Of a stretch of 64,000 bases of DNA, positions 1 through 58,133 are shown piece by piece. Origin of the DNA: Chrysomallon squamiferum (taxonomy: Eukaryota; Animalia; Mollusca); the NCBI GenBank assembly GCA_012295275.1, contig CM022678.1, forward strand, positions 10,478,001-10,542,000, in the 5' to 3' direction. The stretch's first letter is position 1, and every line of letters starts with the position of its first letter. A program made the translations under genes and the position numbers. Below the pieces are notes generated by a model. The model worked only from the letters and a program-made list of their open reading frames with translations, searched no databases and was not told the origin of the DNA.

Positions 1-734
1 AATTAAATGCAAAAATTATTTTTGAAATATTCAGTAAGCTTCATAGATAATGATAAATTATTTTTGAAATGTATAATAATAATAATAATAATAATTTAAA
101 AAAGAAAATAAGAAAAGAAAAAAAAAAAACGAATTACAAAACGACATTCATTAAGTCATCCAGTTCTTTGGGAAACGCTTTTAGTATTATGAAAATGTAA
201 TTACTGGAAATCAACAACCAATAAAACATCAGTTCCTATACTTGAACTGATTTGTTGATTTCATGTCGAGTACAGAAACCATAATACAACAACAACAATA
301 ACATTAATTCATCCAGATCAAATATATTACACGACACTACGTTAAAGAATGTAAAATAACAACTCGTCTAACACATTCGTTAAAAGGTTAAAATAAATAA
401 ATTTACTGATGATGATAATTTCTCCTAAATGATGTACATTGCAACACAACGTTAAAGAATGTAAATTAATAACTCGTCTAAACTTTCGTTAAAAGGTTAA
501 ATAAATAAATAAATAAATAAATTTAATGATGATGATGATGATGATGACAATTTCTCCCAAATGATATACATTGCAAGAAGTACATTTAAGAATGAAAACT
601 AACCCATTCGTTAAGACCTAAGCTGTACGCAGATGTACAAAGAGGTCGATTTTCAGTTTTGGAGGATTATGCGCACGTTTGTTGTGTCATTTCTTGTACA
701 TAGTTTTGTGAGTATTAAGCTACGTATGCATCTT

Positions 735-779
<45 letters not shown>

Positions 780-2032
780 AAAGGTCAAACTGGCCTCATA
801 CGTTACTTGTTAAAACATAAATATTGTAATAATGTTGATCATTTATTTATTTACGACGATTTGTCCACAACAAATTAAAATAAAGCCTTAACAAAGTCGT
901 CGGTATATATTAACAATTAGCTTTGAGATCCAAACGATCCTTTTAAACGGCAGAATATAAACTGTAATAAAATAAAGCAACTTCTGAATACTATATTCGT
1001 TATCAGTAATTAACCATAATTCCTATATCATATATATTCAAACCGTTATTTTTCAAGCCGAAATTGCGAGACACAGAAAAATCCATATCGTTCAGCTTTA
1101 TTTCAGATCTGCGACATTTTGAAAATCAGAATATATGTATTCAAGTATATATAGAATGAATTAAGAATAAATGTTTCTACTACTAGTAATGAACCAACTG
1201 ACAGTTTTAATACATAATATTTATGTCAGAAAATGAATAAATAATTTATGTGCAATGAATGATCATGTTACCCGACGTATAAAATAAAAATAACTGACAG
1301 ATATAATATGAAAAAAATTACCGGGCGGAATTTATTTTCGTCACCTTAACATATTTTAATATTAACAGTTCTTGTTTTAATATTTTCCACTCACCCACGC
1401 ACGCAACACAGAGATAAAGAGAGAAAACATACACAGACATAGACGAGAAAGGCAACCAGCCGAAATCTGATGTGCTGGAGAAAAAGAATAATCCTAAATC
1501 TATGAATGCAGTGCAAAAGAAAAATTTATCTGGGCATATATATGTTAATGAAATGAACATCAAGAACATCTTCATTTCTCGAATATAATAGCTGCAGAAA
1601 ATGAACCGATAAAACATTTTTGTTTGTTTTTTGGTAAATATGATGAGCAATAAAAATGGTTAAAATGTTTAACACAAACAACAGAGAAATGCATCTGAAA
1701 TTAACTTTAAAGTAAATGTGATAGAGTATGGCGATAACTACATTCATTTTCAGTATTTCGAAACATATTTTTCTTAAACGAATTATATTAAAAACTTTCG
1801 GAGGGTGTGACTAGAATTAAGGGTGTGGCTAATAATCACTGCCGCTTGTGCCCATACCCCCCCACAAAAAAAATAGGTAATTAAAAACTTTACGTTTATT
1901 TAAAATTATTTAACTTCTTCTTTCGTTTCACCTTCTTTTTTTTTTTCTTTCTTTTATTTAAGTAAATAAAAATAATGAATTATATATTAACAGTAACTGT
2001 TTTTAATAATTTGTGTTTCAAATGTTTCAAAG

Positions 2033-2987
2033 TTATTTATTTTTATTTTTTAATCGTTCAATTTCCAACTTTAATCTCTGTTTCTCGACTTCAAGCCTCT
2101 GTTTTTCCGTTGCAAGCCGCTGTTTTTCGATTTCGAGTCTTTCCCTCTCAATCATTATCAGATCACTGTCGCCTCTTGAACATTCACAAGAGGATTTAAA
2201 CAAATGTCTGGAGACTGGGGTCTGAATATACGCCTGGTGATTCACCTCGGCGCCACAGCCACACTCCGTACCCTCCATATTCCCTCGTGGACAGTCTCGA
2301 GCGTGAGCGCCGTTGGGAATTATGGACGGCACGACAACGTTGACTTCCACCGGTATTTTTTCTTCCTTTGGTTTTACAGCAGTCTCTTTTTGAAGCTTTT
2401 CTCCTTTCGGTTTCGCGAAATTGTTTATCATTGCTTCGTTCGGATATCTGCCCATCAGCTCTAAAACGCGTTGTTCTGTTGGATCCAGCGTTGTTATTTC
2501 GCCGTTAACTCCTCCTTTTTTCGTCATCTCCCTTCGCCTCTTCGCCTCCTTACTCTTCACCGCTGTTCGCAGATCTTGCCATCTTTTTCTCACTTCACGC
2601 ACGGTTCTGGTGATGCCGTGACTGTTCTCGTTTACGACGTTAGCGACATTTTCCCAAGCTTTTTTCTTTTTTTGCAAAGTTGTTGTTGCCGAGCATTTTG
2701 CAAACAAAATTTCTGAAAAAAATGAAAAAAAAAAAAAAAAAAATGAAAAAAATAAAATGCTAAATATTACTTTGTTGTGAATAATAATTATGAATATGAT
2801 TATTGACAATTGTCGTTAATCTTCACCGCCCCTATATGCATTATATGCAGCAGCATTTATACTTTATTGAATTTGCTTACAACTTTTTATTTATTTATTT
2901 ATATTTTTATTTATTTTCTCGCCAGAATATTGGCATTACATTTACATTCTCTTTGTAATTAATAATTAAAAAAATAATAACAATAAC

Positions 2988-3043
<56 letters not shown>

Positions 3044-3220
3044 TAACAATAATTTAATGTCTGTGAGTGTGTATGTGTGTACCCGCTCACACACACTTAA
3101 TTTAAACGTTATATCTTTTAATACATTACCTTTATTCTTGAATATTGCATCCACAAGTAGAATGTTGTCTTCGGCGGTAAAATTTGGCTTTCTTCTCTTT
3201 TTAGGTGGTGGCGAACTCAT
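2033..3220 (-). CDS. Myb/SANT-like DNA-binding domain protein (MSANTD4/NAIF1-like, Harbinger-related Myb domain) with C-terminal coiled coil; 2 exons
   Basis: Exon 1 3220-3130 (MSSPPPKKRRKPNFTAEDNILLVDAIFKNK, G|gtaatg) splices in phase to exon 2 2712-2033 (tttcag|AA). Myb/SANT-like signature NFT..L..KKKAWENVA..RTVREVRKRWQDLR; heptad tail ERLEIEKQRLATEKQRLEVEKQRL; PPKKRRK NLS-like motif. Confidence 0.85.
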
Positions 3221-3544
3221 ATCGTAGTTGATTTACGACGTTTTGTGGACTATTTAGATAAACAGTAATGACAAACGCATTACAGTCCATCTAAAACTGA
3301 TATTAATTGTATATGTTCACATAGGTTCTAAGCAAGACGTTTTATGGACATTTAACGTTTTCTGCACAGGTTCTGTTTGCTCGTAAGTGTAAAAATAATT
3401 ACGTTTACACGTAACACATACGTACTGAATATGTAGTTACACTTTTTGTCGTCTGACCTAGTAGTCGTAATAAGCCGAGATGTTCCGATTCAAAACGATG
3501 CATAAAGCATAGAAAAGCCCGGATGTGATTCGTTTAACACGAAG
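3221..3544. promoter_or_regulatory. Putative bidirectional promoter between the Myb/SANT-like gene and RPN2
   Basis: Divergent start codons 324 bp apart; locally CpG-richer; YY1-like AAGATGGCG overlaps the RPN2 ATG. Confidence 0.6.
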
Positions 3545-18365
<14,821 letters not shown>

Positions 18366-21300
18366 TCTGTAGAGAAGATTTAGAAATTGCCGCAGTTTTG
18401 TTTACATTTTCTTACAGACTTTTATGAACGAATGTAACAAATTATATGAAGAAAAATTTCACTCATTTATGTATGTTGTTCACTGTCATTAAACAAATTA
18501 AATTTTACCGTTTTGCTGTTTTCAAGAAAACTTTGTTGCTAACAAAATAAAATATTTAATTATGTTTTCAAAAATTACTTTCACTGCTAAAGACATTGAT
18601 TTGTAGTTTCTGGTGTCAGTAATAATTTACATTCCATTATTTAAAATCAATCGGTTATTGACAGACCTGAAAATTAATAAAATCAATCGAGGGATTTACT
18701 TTTCAACAATGATCCCTCTGTTTAAGGACAAAATTGTACATTTTTAATTAAAAATTAGGTTGGTTGCAATTGTTCTTTGCCAGCATTTACACTGACATTA
18801 AAGATACTGTTTCATTTTACATTTATTTGTGTTTTTTATACTTCCGAATTTTTCTCATCAGCACTTGAATCAAAAGTTTAAAATCTTGCTGCATGAATTA
18901 CTGTGATAATTATCATACTTCACTGTACAGACTCCAGATTTCCCAGTAAAGGGTTAAACATCTTTGACTTTGTCAGTGTAAATTTTCTTATGTTTTCTTT
19001 CCTGTTTGGAAGGTATTTAAACCAGATTAAGATGTTTCATACCATTCAAATTAAAAAAAAAAAGAAAAAAAAAAAATTAGAAAAGTTTTATTGAGCTGTT
19101 ATAATGAAACACCACACATCAAGAAACAATCTTTCTGAAAACAATAATTTTTTTAGAACAATATCAGTAATTTTATTTTTTGCAGAGGTGAAATTCATTT
19201 TTGATGTACAGCCCTTTTAATTTGGAACTGTTGGTCTGAAATGATAATTTAACCACAAATGAAATTGATGATTTAAAAAATATAACAAGATGTTATTTGG
19301 AGCTATGCAGGACAAGACTGGCAAATCAAAATGCTATGGTTTTCCATGTTTATAATATACAAAAGAATAATTTTTTATACAAAAAAAAAAAAAAATGAAC
19401 AATAACTTTAATATTTGCAATTTTTTTGAAAATGAATTAACAGTAGTGACAAACATCTAAAAAAAATCTGTATTTTTAAATACACAAATAAAACAGAAAC
19501 CAGAGTTATTGCAACATTTATTTTATTCACAATGTGAACTGAATGCAACACAAAACATGGAATGTTCAACAAATGGTCAAATTTAAAGGTTGGTGTTTTT
19601 ACACTTAATTTCAGCTACACCATTTTTTTTTCACATTACTTTGTCATCATGACAGAACTTGTTTTTAATACTTGAGTGTCAAAACTTGGTTTTTAAAAAA
19701 ACAAAAAATCACACAAAGACTAAAAATGAAATGATGGTTGACAAATGTAACCTACTTTCTTGCAGCCCTTCACCATTTTAATCAAATTAATATTTAATTA
19801 ACAACCATTAGCTATCTGAATAAAATCTGTTCATAGTTGATCACAATTTTAACAAATATATTTGGCTAGACTGCTTGAAATTGGACAAACATTTTCACTG
19901 CAGACTTTCTTAAATAATTTTTCCTCATTTATGCTTGTTTTCATCTAAATGTCATGAAATAACCAATGGCAGCATTTAAAGGGCAGTTTTGGCAGAGGTT
20001 TTAACAAAAAAAAAAAAGATCAGTCTCAAGAATATGATAATTTGAAGGACACAGAAATTTAATTACATTGCCAGCAACAGAAATTTAAAAAAACATTTTT
20101 TTCCCTGATATAAATTTATCACAGGATTTGTTAAATGAAATTTTAAACACAAGTTTACAATTTATTTTCATATTCCAGCATAGTCATAGTTTTTCCTGAA
20201 ATATTAGACTAACAAAGTTCAAAAATAATTATTTAACTTCTTGCAAAATAATAATTAAAATAAACTGTCTGTTTTTTCTTCTTTTCTTTGTATATTTAAC
20301 TGAAATACTGATATTTCAAAATTTCAAAATTATTTTCTAGGAAGTTATAATAAACATTGTTTTTATTGTTTCTTTCTTTATTTATCATTATTATATATAT
20401 ATATATATATTTAATCATTATTATTATTTTTTAGTTTTTTCTCAGTTACTTCCTGAGTTACTCCTGACCTAAAAAAAAATAAAAGGAATTAGCTGATTCT
20501 TTTATTAATTTTAATATAAAACTGTTTTCTACTTTTTCTTTCTTAAATATCTTTGTTCAATTCTGTTTAATCCTTGTACACTGGAAATAAAAATAGTAAA
20601 TCACAAATAGAGCAGTTTATAAACCTTAACATACATCAGAGCATTTAATATATATTTTTTTATATTGCCTTATAACAATGTCAAATAAGAATAATAATAT
20701 TAAAGAGGAAAGTTTACAAAGGCCGTCATATTTTTAGTTATCAACAATACAATTTATAATAAATAAGAGCAAAAAAGAAAGATGTTGAAGAAAAAAAATA
20801 TATTCTTTACAATGAACAAGCAGATGTAATTAATTATTGCATTCACAATCAAACACTAGAACTAGATGAAGAAATTTCTATGTCTACTCACTAAAGACTA
20901 ATAAACTAAGAAAAGTGAAATTCTGCCATCCAGTAAAATAATCTAGAAATAACAATGGCTCAGTGACAACACAAAAAAAAAAAAAAAAAAATTCCCAATC
21001 CAGCCTGAACTCGAAAGGTATGAGTAAGTATTTAGTAGATCAAAAGTAATTTATTTTGTTAAATACACAAACTGGACATTTGAAGTTTATTTATATTAGC
21101 AATTAAAAGAATCTGAAAAAAATGTTTCTTTGAAAAAAAAAAATCAAAACATATTCTGCCTTCTTTCAGTAACTTAACTATTTTTATTCATTATTTTCTA
21201 ATGATTTGGGGAAAATCATTAAAAAAAAATATATAAACAAGCAGAGGAAAAAGAACAAGATAAATAAATAAGAAAGTAAGTAAATAAATAAATAAATAAA

Positions 21301-21818
21301 TAAATAAAGTTCTTAAAGTATTTATTTGAAAGAATATTTTTTTCCACTGGATGGCTAAATTTAAATCAAAAAATACAATCACAGTTTATACAAAATCTTT
21401 CATTTTCTGTACATGAACAAAACTTGGAGACAATTAACAGACTTAGTATTTCCAAAATTAAACACAAACCTTCAAAATATCATTACTTACACCACATGCT
21501 AATTATTATAAATAATAATTATAAATAATAATTAACAATAAAGTAAAAACAAATGTTTCTAGTCTTTTAGAATTAAACATTAAATATAAGTTTTCATGGT
21601 TTAAATATTTATAAAGATTCTTGAGCAAAAAAAAAATGAAAGAAAAAAATGAAACATTTACTTCTGCTAATGACAATTATGTGTGAAAGACAAACTAAAA
21701 AGAAAACATAAACAGGAATTATCTATGTACATCTGCAAAACCTAAAATTAAGAAAATGATCAGGGAAAAATATGAAAATAATAATAAGAAGAAAAATAAG
21801 TAAAATAATAATAATAAT

Positions 21819-21849
<31 letters not shown>

Positions 21850-22476
21850 TAATAATAATAATAATAAGTTATAAAATAAGTACATGTATAAACTTAATAT
21901 CCCCATTTAGACCAAGACAATAATGAAAAATGTATCCATATATTATGTGTGTATATATATATTAGTAGAAGAAAAAAAAAATAATAATAATAAGAATAAA
22001 AACACAGAGAAAACCCCACAACATAATATTTCCATTAAAAAAACAATAGTAGGAAGACCTGTAAAATACCAAACAAAAACAGAGTTGTTTTTGGGGTTTT
22101 TTTTTGTTTTTTAAATAGAAAGTAATTTTACATTTTATTAATTTCAGTAATTTTAGTACATAAAAACTGGATAAATTTACAATGTTTCAGGTTTGTACAA
22201 TTACATATTTGTTAATGCCCAAGAATTTTTTTTTTTTTTAGTTTTTTTTTTTTTTTTTGCATGTTGAATAAGAAAACTATTTAGATTTAATTTTTATTAA
22301 TAAGCAGATGAATGCTCCAGTTTTATTTTTTTATTATATAAAAGTAACTTAAAATATAAATAATGTGTGTGGTATTTTTATGATTATTTGGATTGTATTA
22401 GAATCTTTCTTCTTTTTTAATGTGAATAAAGGTTAATTTAATAAAGACGTAATTTCAATTGTGTGTGTGTGTGTGG

Positions 22477-22511
<35 letters not shown>

Positions 22512-22852
22512 CATGCACGTGCATGTCTGTATATACATATACTCATACAATTTGTCTTTTGACGAAATCATACTGTTACCTTTTTAGTTAATTTTTTTTT
22601 TTTTTTTATATGAATTAAGTTCCTTTTATTGTTTTTTTTCCTTAAATAACTTCCATGATTACATTAATAATTTATTCAGATAGGTAGATAAATTCTTTAT
22701 TCAAATTCTCAAAACAATTATGATTCAGTAATCAAAAAAAAAAAAAATTTGTTTCAAAATGTTAAATAATTATCCAAAAGTATTTAACATTCCAACTTTA
22801 AAGTAAAAAAAAAAAGAATAAAAAAGCATTATTTTGAGAACAAAAATTAAAG

Positions 22853-22891
<39 letters not shown>

Positions 22892-23784
22892 ATTAGAAAT
22901 GAAAGCCAAACAAGAGCATTACAAACACTTTACAAACAAATTTACACATAAGCAGTTTCAAGTTTATATTTTATTAAAAAAAAAAATTCTAAGTACATTT
23001 TAAGAGTTGCAGAATAAAAACAGGATCACATGGATAAAGTCATAAGCTTTATGATTCAGTAAACAGACACTGCAGTCATTTTGGCGTTACTTAAAAGTGG
23101 ATGACAGGTGGTTCTAACAATTTAAATATGATTTGTATTATTTACAGATTATTAGTTTAGTTTATTTCTAATGCAATGTTTTCATATAATAAAATATTAA
23201 TATAAAGTAGCACATCTTTAATGACGCATAAAAGCAAGCTGTTATTTTCTGTTTTCCTAGATATTAGTTTAAATAAGGTAATGTAAAAATAATCTTTACA
23301 GACTGAGTATACACAAAATCATAATTATTGTCTTCTTAAAAATCTGCGTCTGTTTTATTATTATTATTATTATTTTGTTTGTTTTGTTTGTGTGTGTGAT
23401 TCTAAAAATCAAATATGTAGACTTCATTGTTTGCCTGTTGTTTCAGTCATCATTCTTTATCATTAGCAAAGAATGGAAACGAGAGTGTAAAAAAAAAATT
23501 AATATAATCCACCAAGAAATATTTATTTAATTATTTGAACCACCATAGGAGGTACGTAATATTTTTTTTTTTTTTTTTATTTATTATTATCTTTCTTTCT
23601 TTTTCTTTTTCTCTTTGTCGTAAAGTATTCTATGGTTTTTGTTTTTTTGTTATTTATGTTTTTTTCATTTTAATATCAAAAACGTAGTGTCAAATTATTA
23701 GTGTTTTATCTGAATGCTGTCCTGGTAGTCACTCGTGCATGCTTTGTGTATCCCCAGCTGTTGTTGACGATGACCCTGATGGTT

Positions 23785-52603
<28,819 letters not shown>

Positions 52604-52808
52604 TTTAGTCTTTATATTTGCCTTATTATTATTTCCTTCCGACATTCACGTCAACACCGATTAGTCAGTGTGTACTATGTCATTAGATGATGTGTTAGTC
52701 TCGATTTTGTTGAATGTTTAAGGTTCATAGTCTTGATTAACTAAGATTATACAAGGTTTGCCAGACATCTTGCTCAATCGAGACTAAACCTTTCTCTATT
52801 ATTTCAAG
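52604..52808. promoter_or_regulatory. Putative bidirectional promoter TPD52 / SF3B6
   Basis: Divergent ATGs only 205 bp apart; YY1-like CAAGATGGCG overlaps the SF3B6 ATG. Confidence 0.65.
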
Positions 52809-54697
52809 ATGGCGATGAGCAAGAGAGGAAACGTAAGTGGTAGCTTAAGATACGAATTTAAAAGAAATTATGAAATTTTGTTCAGTCTTCGTTGTTAGTT
52901 TAAGTCTCTCTCACTCTATATATTTTTTTTAATTACTATTATAAATTTTTTTCTTCTTAAATTTTCTTCATCAATTTTTTTTCGCTTATCCGTTATCGCT
53001 TTTCCTTCTTAAATTTTCTTTCTTTTAAATTGTCATACTTTTTATTCTGTATAAATAATGATAGATACTATAAATCTGTTTCACATCATACTTAGTTTGA
53101 TCAGTTAAGCTGGCTTATTAAATTATTATATTATTTAAAATTCTTTTTTTTTTTGTATATTTTCAGGTTCGGCTTCCACCGGAGGTCAACAGAATATTAT
53201 ACATTAAAAATCTGCCATATAAAATAACTGGCGAAGAAATGTATGATATTTTTGGAAAGTATGGGGCAATCCGACAGATTCGAGTGTAAGTATTTGTTAA
53301 ATATTATATTTTCAGTACATCAGAGAATCGAGAGATGTTTTAAAACAATATCTTTTGTGATTATAACATCATTTTCTGTTCTTTTCATTTTAATACATTA
53401 TGATTATACATTGTAACATTATATGTTGGTACGGTAATGCCAAATGGCAACACGGGTCTATGTATACACAAAGGCTATAATTATAAAACACTTATTAATA
53501 TTAAAATTTAACCTTCATTTCTCAGTCTCTGTTAGTGCAGCCTGACCTATGACAGAACTCTGAAATTATAAAACGTCCATATATAGAAATTATCTTTTCA
53601 CAGAGGGCTCCCAGCAAAGTCAAGTGGACTTTTTATAATTTCAGTGTACTGTAATAATTCAGGCTGCATATATATAAAACCAAAAAACTGTAGGGGGTTA
53701 AAACTTACATTTAATAAATCAGTCATAAATATTTTAAATATAATGATTTAACGTTTGAATATGTGTTTATACGGATAAATGTTTTTTTTTAATTTTTTTT
53801 GTAATTTAACCCATTGTAAAGCTGCTTACATGTATTTGTTTAAACACACATTTAAAATATTACTAACCACTGATTTATAAAAATCCTCTTTATGCATTCA
53901 GTGGAAATACTCCAGACACTAAGGGAACAGCTTTTGTAGTGTATGAAGATATATTTGATGCAAAGAATGCCTGTGATCACTTGTCTGGATTTAACGTCTG
54001 CAATCGCTACCTCGTTGTGCTGTACTACCAACCTAACAAGGTAAAACTCTTTAATAACCCCTCTCTCTCTCTCTCTCTCTCACTCTCTCACTCGATATAA
54101 TTATATATATTCACACACACACGTAATATACACCTACAAACCTTATTAGTGACCTAACAAGGTAAAACTTTCTATTGTAACTACCCAAGACACAATAATT
54201 AAACCAATTTCTCCTGAGATGATTTAAGCTATTTATAACAATCAGCCTATATAACTATAACCTAACAGAATAGGTTTTAACTCTGGTAGAAGTGGATGAT
54301 ACCCAAACCTTTTAAAAATGCAATATGATGTAGCTGTGATATACTCAGTTTGTTATGACCACTAAAGTATTAAATCTAGATAACAAAGAAAAAAAAATAT
54401 ATTGTGACCATTTTAGCAGTCTTTAAAAATTATGTAGACAGTTTTTGTTTATACAGAAAACCACTAGATTTAAATCACTGGTCTCCGTCTACAGAATGGT
54501 GAAACTTTTCTGCTTTTTTCATGTTCTAAATATTTATTTATAATAACAGATACAGATGTCTGCATTTTTTATAGCTATTTTTTAATTAATCCATTTTTAT
54601 TTTGCAGTCATTCAAAAAGGTGGACACTGACAAGAAGAAACAAGATCTGCAGGACATGAAAGCTAAATATGGACTAAGCACACCGGAGAAAAAATGA
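52809..54697 (+). CDS. SF3B6: Splicing factor 3B subunit 6 (p14), 4 exons
   Basis: Exons 52809-52832, 53167-53285, 53902-54040, 54608-54697 give [91 protein letters not shown].., the conserved p14 RRM. Confidence 0.98.
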
Positions 54698-57600
54698 AAT
54701 TTTCTGTAAAATGGAAGATTCGCATGAAAATCATTATCTACACAAAATTAATATTAAGTGCAAATGTGATAAGGTCATTTGTTGCATTGACAAATTCACA
54801 CAAATAAATAAATGTTCTAAAAATAATTTGATGTGCAGTGCACACAGCCTAATCATTGGACTGCTTCCACTGCATCATTGTGTATGTCACACTCTTCATG
54901 CATATCTGCATTCAGACATTTTCATTGTTATCACGATACATATATAATCATGTTTTTGCACATAAAACGGTACTTTTTTTTTCCTCATAATTTCAAATGA
55001 CACATTGATTTCACTTCTCAGATATAAGGCTGACTTTTTATTTATCTTTATTTTTTTTTCTGTATATGCTCTTAACATCAACACGTTTAGCATTAATATA
55101 GAATTGGTTTTATTTTTGACTTGTGTAAATACAAGACAAATAATTGGGAGCAGTTTTAATTAAATTTAGTTTTAATACTCTGGCAAAATGATTAAAAATT
55201 GTTAGTATAAATACCAAAATAACTGTTTATTCAATTCAGTGCCTGAAAGGAATATTGTTCCTACTGGCTTCTTATTGTGTCAGTGATTTTAGATGTATTT
55301 TCATGATACGGGGATTAAGAGTGTGTCTACTTTTATCAAGCTAGAAAGTTTTAAAATAAATGTCTAAATATTAATGAACAACTAGTTTCTATAGCAAAAA
55401 AAAAACTATCTGGGTTACAAATATCAAAAACCATTTTCAGTTAATATTTAAAATAGCTGTTATCTTACAGTTTTTATTTCTGAAGATGAAAACCTGATTA
55501 ATTGAGAAGGTAAAAATAATGTTTCACATCATAGATTACAGATAACAAAAAATGATGAGTTTATAAATACAGTTATAGGTATCAGGGTTTTTTAATTTTA
55601 ATTTTTAATTTTTTTTTATGTCAATATCTGTTGATGAATAAACATTCATTGTAAAAATCACATTTTTATCATAATAAAAATATTTCACATATTTTACTTG
55701 TAATCTTCTTTGTAATTGCACACACATCACATTTTTGTTTATCTATAAATTAATGAACCAATACTTTTTTATTAAGACATAGTATATGCTTTCAGCCTAT
55801 GGGAATTTTTATTATTAAAGATCACTTTCAGGATAATAAAAATAAAAGAAAACTGGACAGCATAATTAATGCAGGCTATTTTCCTTTCTCAAAGTGAGAA
55901 TGATCCATGATCCTTAACCCCAAAAGTCCAGAGCTACAAGAGATTCCAGACAGAAACTACTAAAAAATGGTCGACCTGGTTTGTGAATCAGACTAAGGTA
56001 TCTTGCACATGGACTACAAGTTATATTGCAATAAAAACTTAGATTTAAAAAATGTGTTATGTCATTAGATACAAATGATGTTGTATTTCCTTCAGTTCTG
56101 CCAATGTTTAAAAATTAAAATCATTACAGCATGTCATTTTTAAATTCATTTTTATTTAATTTACAAAAAGAGCAAAATGTACAGTTATGAAAAATCAACA
56201 ATAAACAGAATGCATTATATTTTTTTCATTCTTTAAGCTTTTTAAAGTTTTATGACATCATAAATGTCACTAAGAAAAAAGAAAAAAAAGGAAAAATAGT
56301 ACTTTGGTTTTGGAAGGTATATTTTAAATTATAACTTGAATAACATTTTTATAATTTACAATTCCACTAACAGTTGTGGGATTTAAACATCTAAATGCAG
56401 GATATTTTAATCCTGCATTTTGTCTGAGAAAAATTCAGATCCTGTAGAATTCTATACATGAAGGTATTAATACAGAAATCCTTAAAATTTTACCAATTAA
56501 ACTTTAAATAAAACAAAATCCAATGAATATAACAAATTAAAACTTCTAAAAAAGATTATAAAAGCTTATAATCTGATTGATATTAATCATTATTCAAATT
56601 ATAAATTATTTATGTTAAGTTTTTTATTCATTGCTTCTCAAGCTATTATACACCTTAGTGAAAAAAAAGCAGATAGCAATAATTTTGATTTAAGGCTTTA
56701 ATTAATTTGTAATAATAACAATACTGAAGCAGTGTAAGCCATGACACACAGCAAGGCAAGAGTCCTGATAAAATGTCCTGTTATACTGGCAATACAGCGC
56801 AATTTATGAACAGAGAATTAACATAGAATGGTTTTTGTGATTTCTAATATTGAAGAATAATTAACTTTTTGATCACCATTATAATTAATGATACAGTACT
56901 TGAAAAACACCCCAAGTTAGAGATTTCTTCCAGATTAAATTGGAGACCTTGTATTTGTTAAAGTACAAAATTTGTCAAATGCTACATAGTGTACAGATAT
57001 TCACATGTAGTTTCAGTTATTGTTTGAAACATAACATTCATTTAATATATTCATCATACATGTATTAAATGTTACAAACATGCTAGTTTATTTCTTCCTC
57101 ATTCAAGAAAATCAAAAGCAAATGAAAAACCATCCAATATATTTTAATATGAACAATCCACATTAAGTGTACTTGCTATGGCAATACTCTGGATGATACT
57201 GAATAAAATTCAGTTTTATTACCTAATTATTTCTTTTTATAATTAGGAAAATACTGGAAAATGATCGTAGAAGTAGCTGATTAACATAAGAATTAAAAAT
57301 ATTTATGAATAGTATATTTCAAAAACGATCAATTTTCTTAAGTATCTTTTTAATATCCTTCATTATTATTATTATTTTTTTTTTTATGTTGCAGCAAATG
57401 CACATAAAATAAATAATTCATTTAGTAAATTAACAAAATTAGTAAGATGAACAGATTGGCATTCATTAATATCAAAATTAAGATATATTTATAGTTAGTA
57501 TATTTCAGCTACAAGAAAACGTTTACATCGTGCAGTATAATAAATTTCAGGCCTCATATAGCATTTTCCATGCAAAATCTTAGCTAACACATGAATCTTT

Positions 57601-58133
57601 CATGAGAGTTAGTCAAATAATTACAAACAAAATTGAAAAATAGAAGAAACAATGAAAGTAATTTAACATTTAATAACAAAAAGTCAAAGTAAATGTAACT
57701 GCTGTAGTAGTATTTTACAAACGTTTATTATTTTTCCAGTATTTCACAGTGTCAGTAGTCATTGAGTCTATTGTGCAGTTTGTATTTGTTACAGTGAACG
57801 TTTTTCTTCTTATATACAAAAAAAATGGAATAACTAATAACTTCTTTCATAACAAAAATAAAGGTGTATTTGTATGTTAATGAATTAGTTAAGACTGAGT
57901 ATATATGTAACTCTATGTAGTGTGTGCGTGCTTGCGTGCGTGTTCATGTCTGTGTGTGCATTCACACATCCATCTGATTGTAATATTCATTTTAGAATCT
58001 TAGGTTTTCAATAAGAAATACTCTAAGATTTTCATTCTTCATGCTCAAGTCATTTTTACCAAAATTTCTTTTTTCTCTTTTTCAACAAACTGAACGTTTA
58101 ATTCAGTTCTCACTCTCTGCTGTGCTTTGCTCG

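Noticed and set aside
310-600. ~110-bp direct duplication (similar short duplications near 47000/47790, 49740/50030 and 36890-37000)
   Set aside because: Ordinary local tandem duplications with no coding or structural signal.
2033-2809. 258-aa single-exon ORF with a hydrophobic N-terminus
   Set aside because: The F/I-rich start is the intron polypyrimidine tract; the true start is 3220 via splicing.
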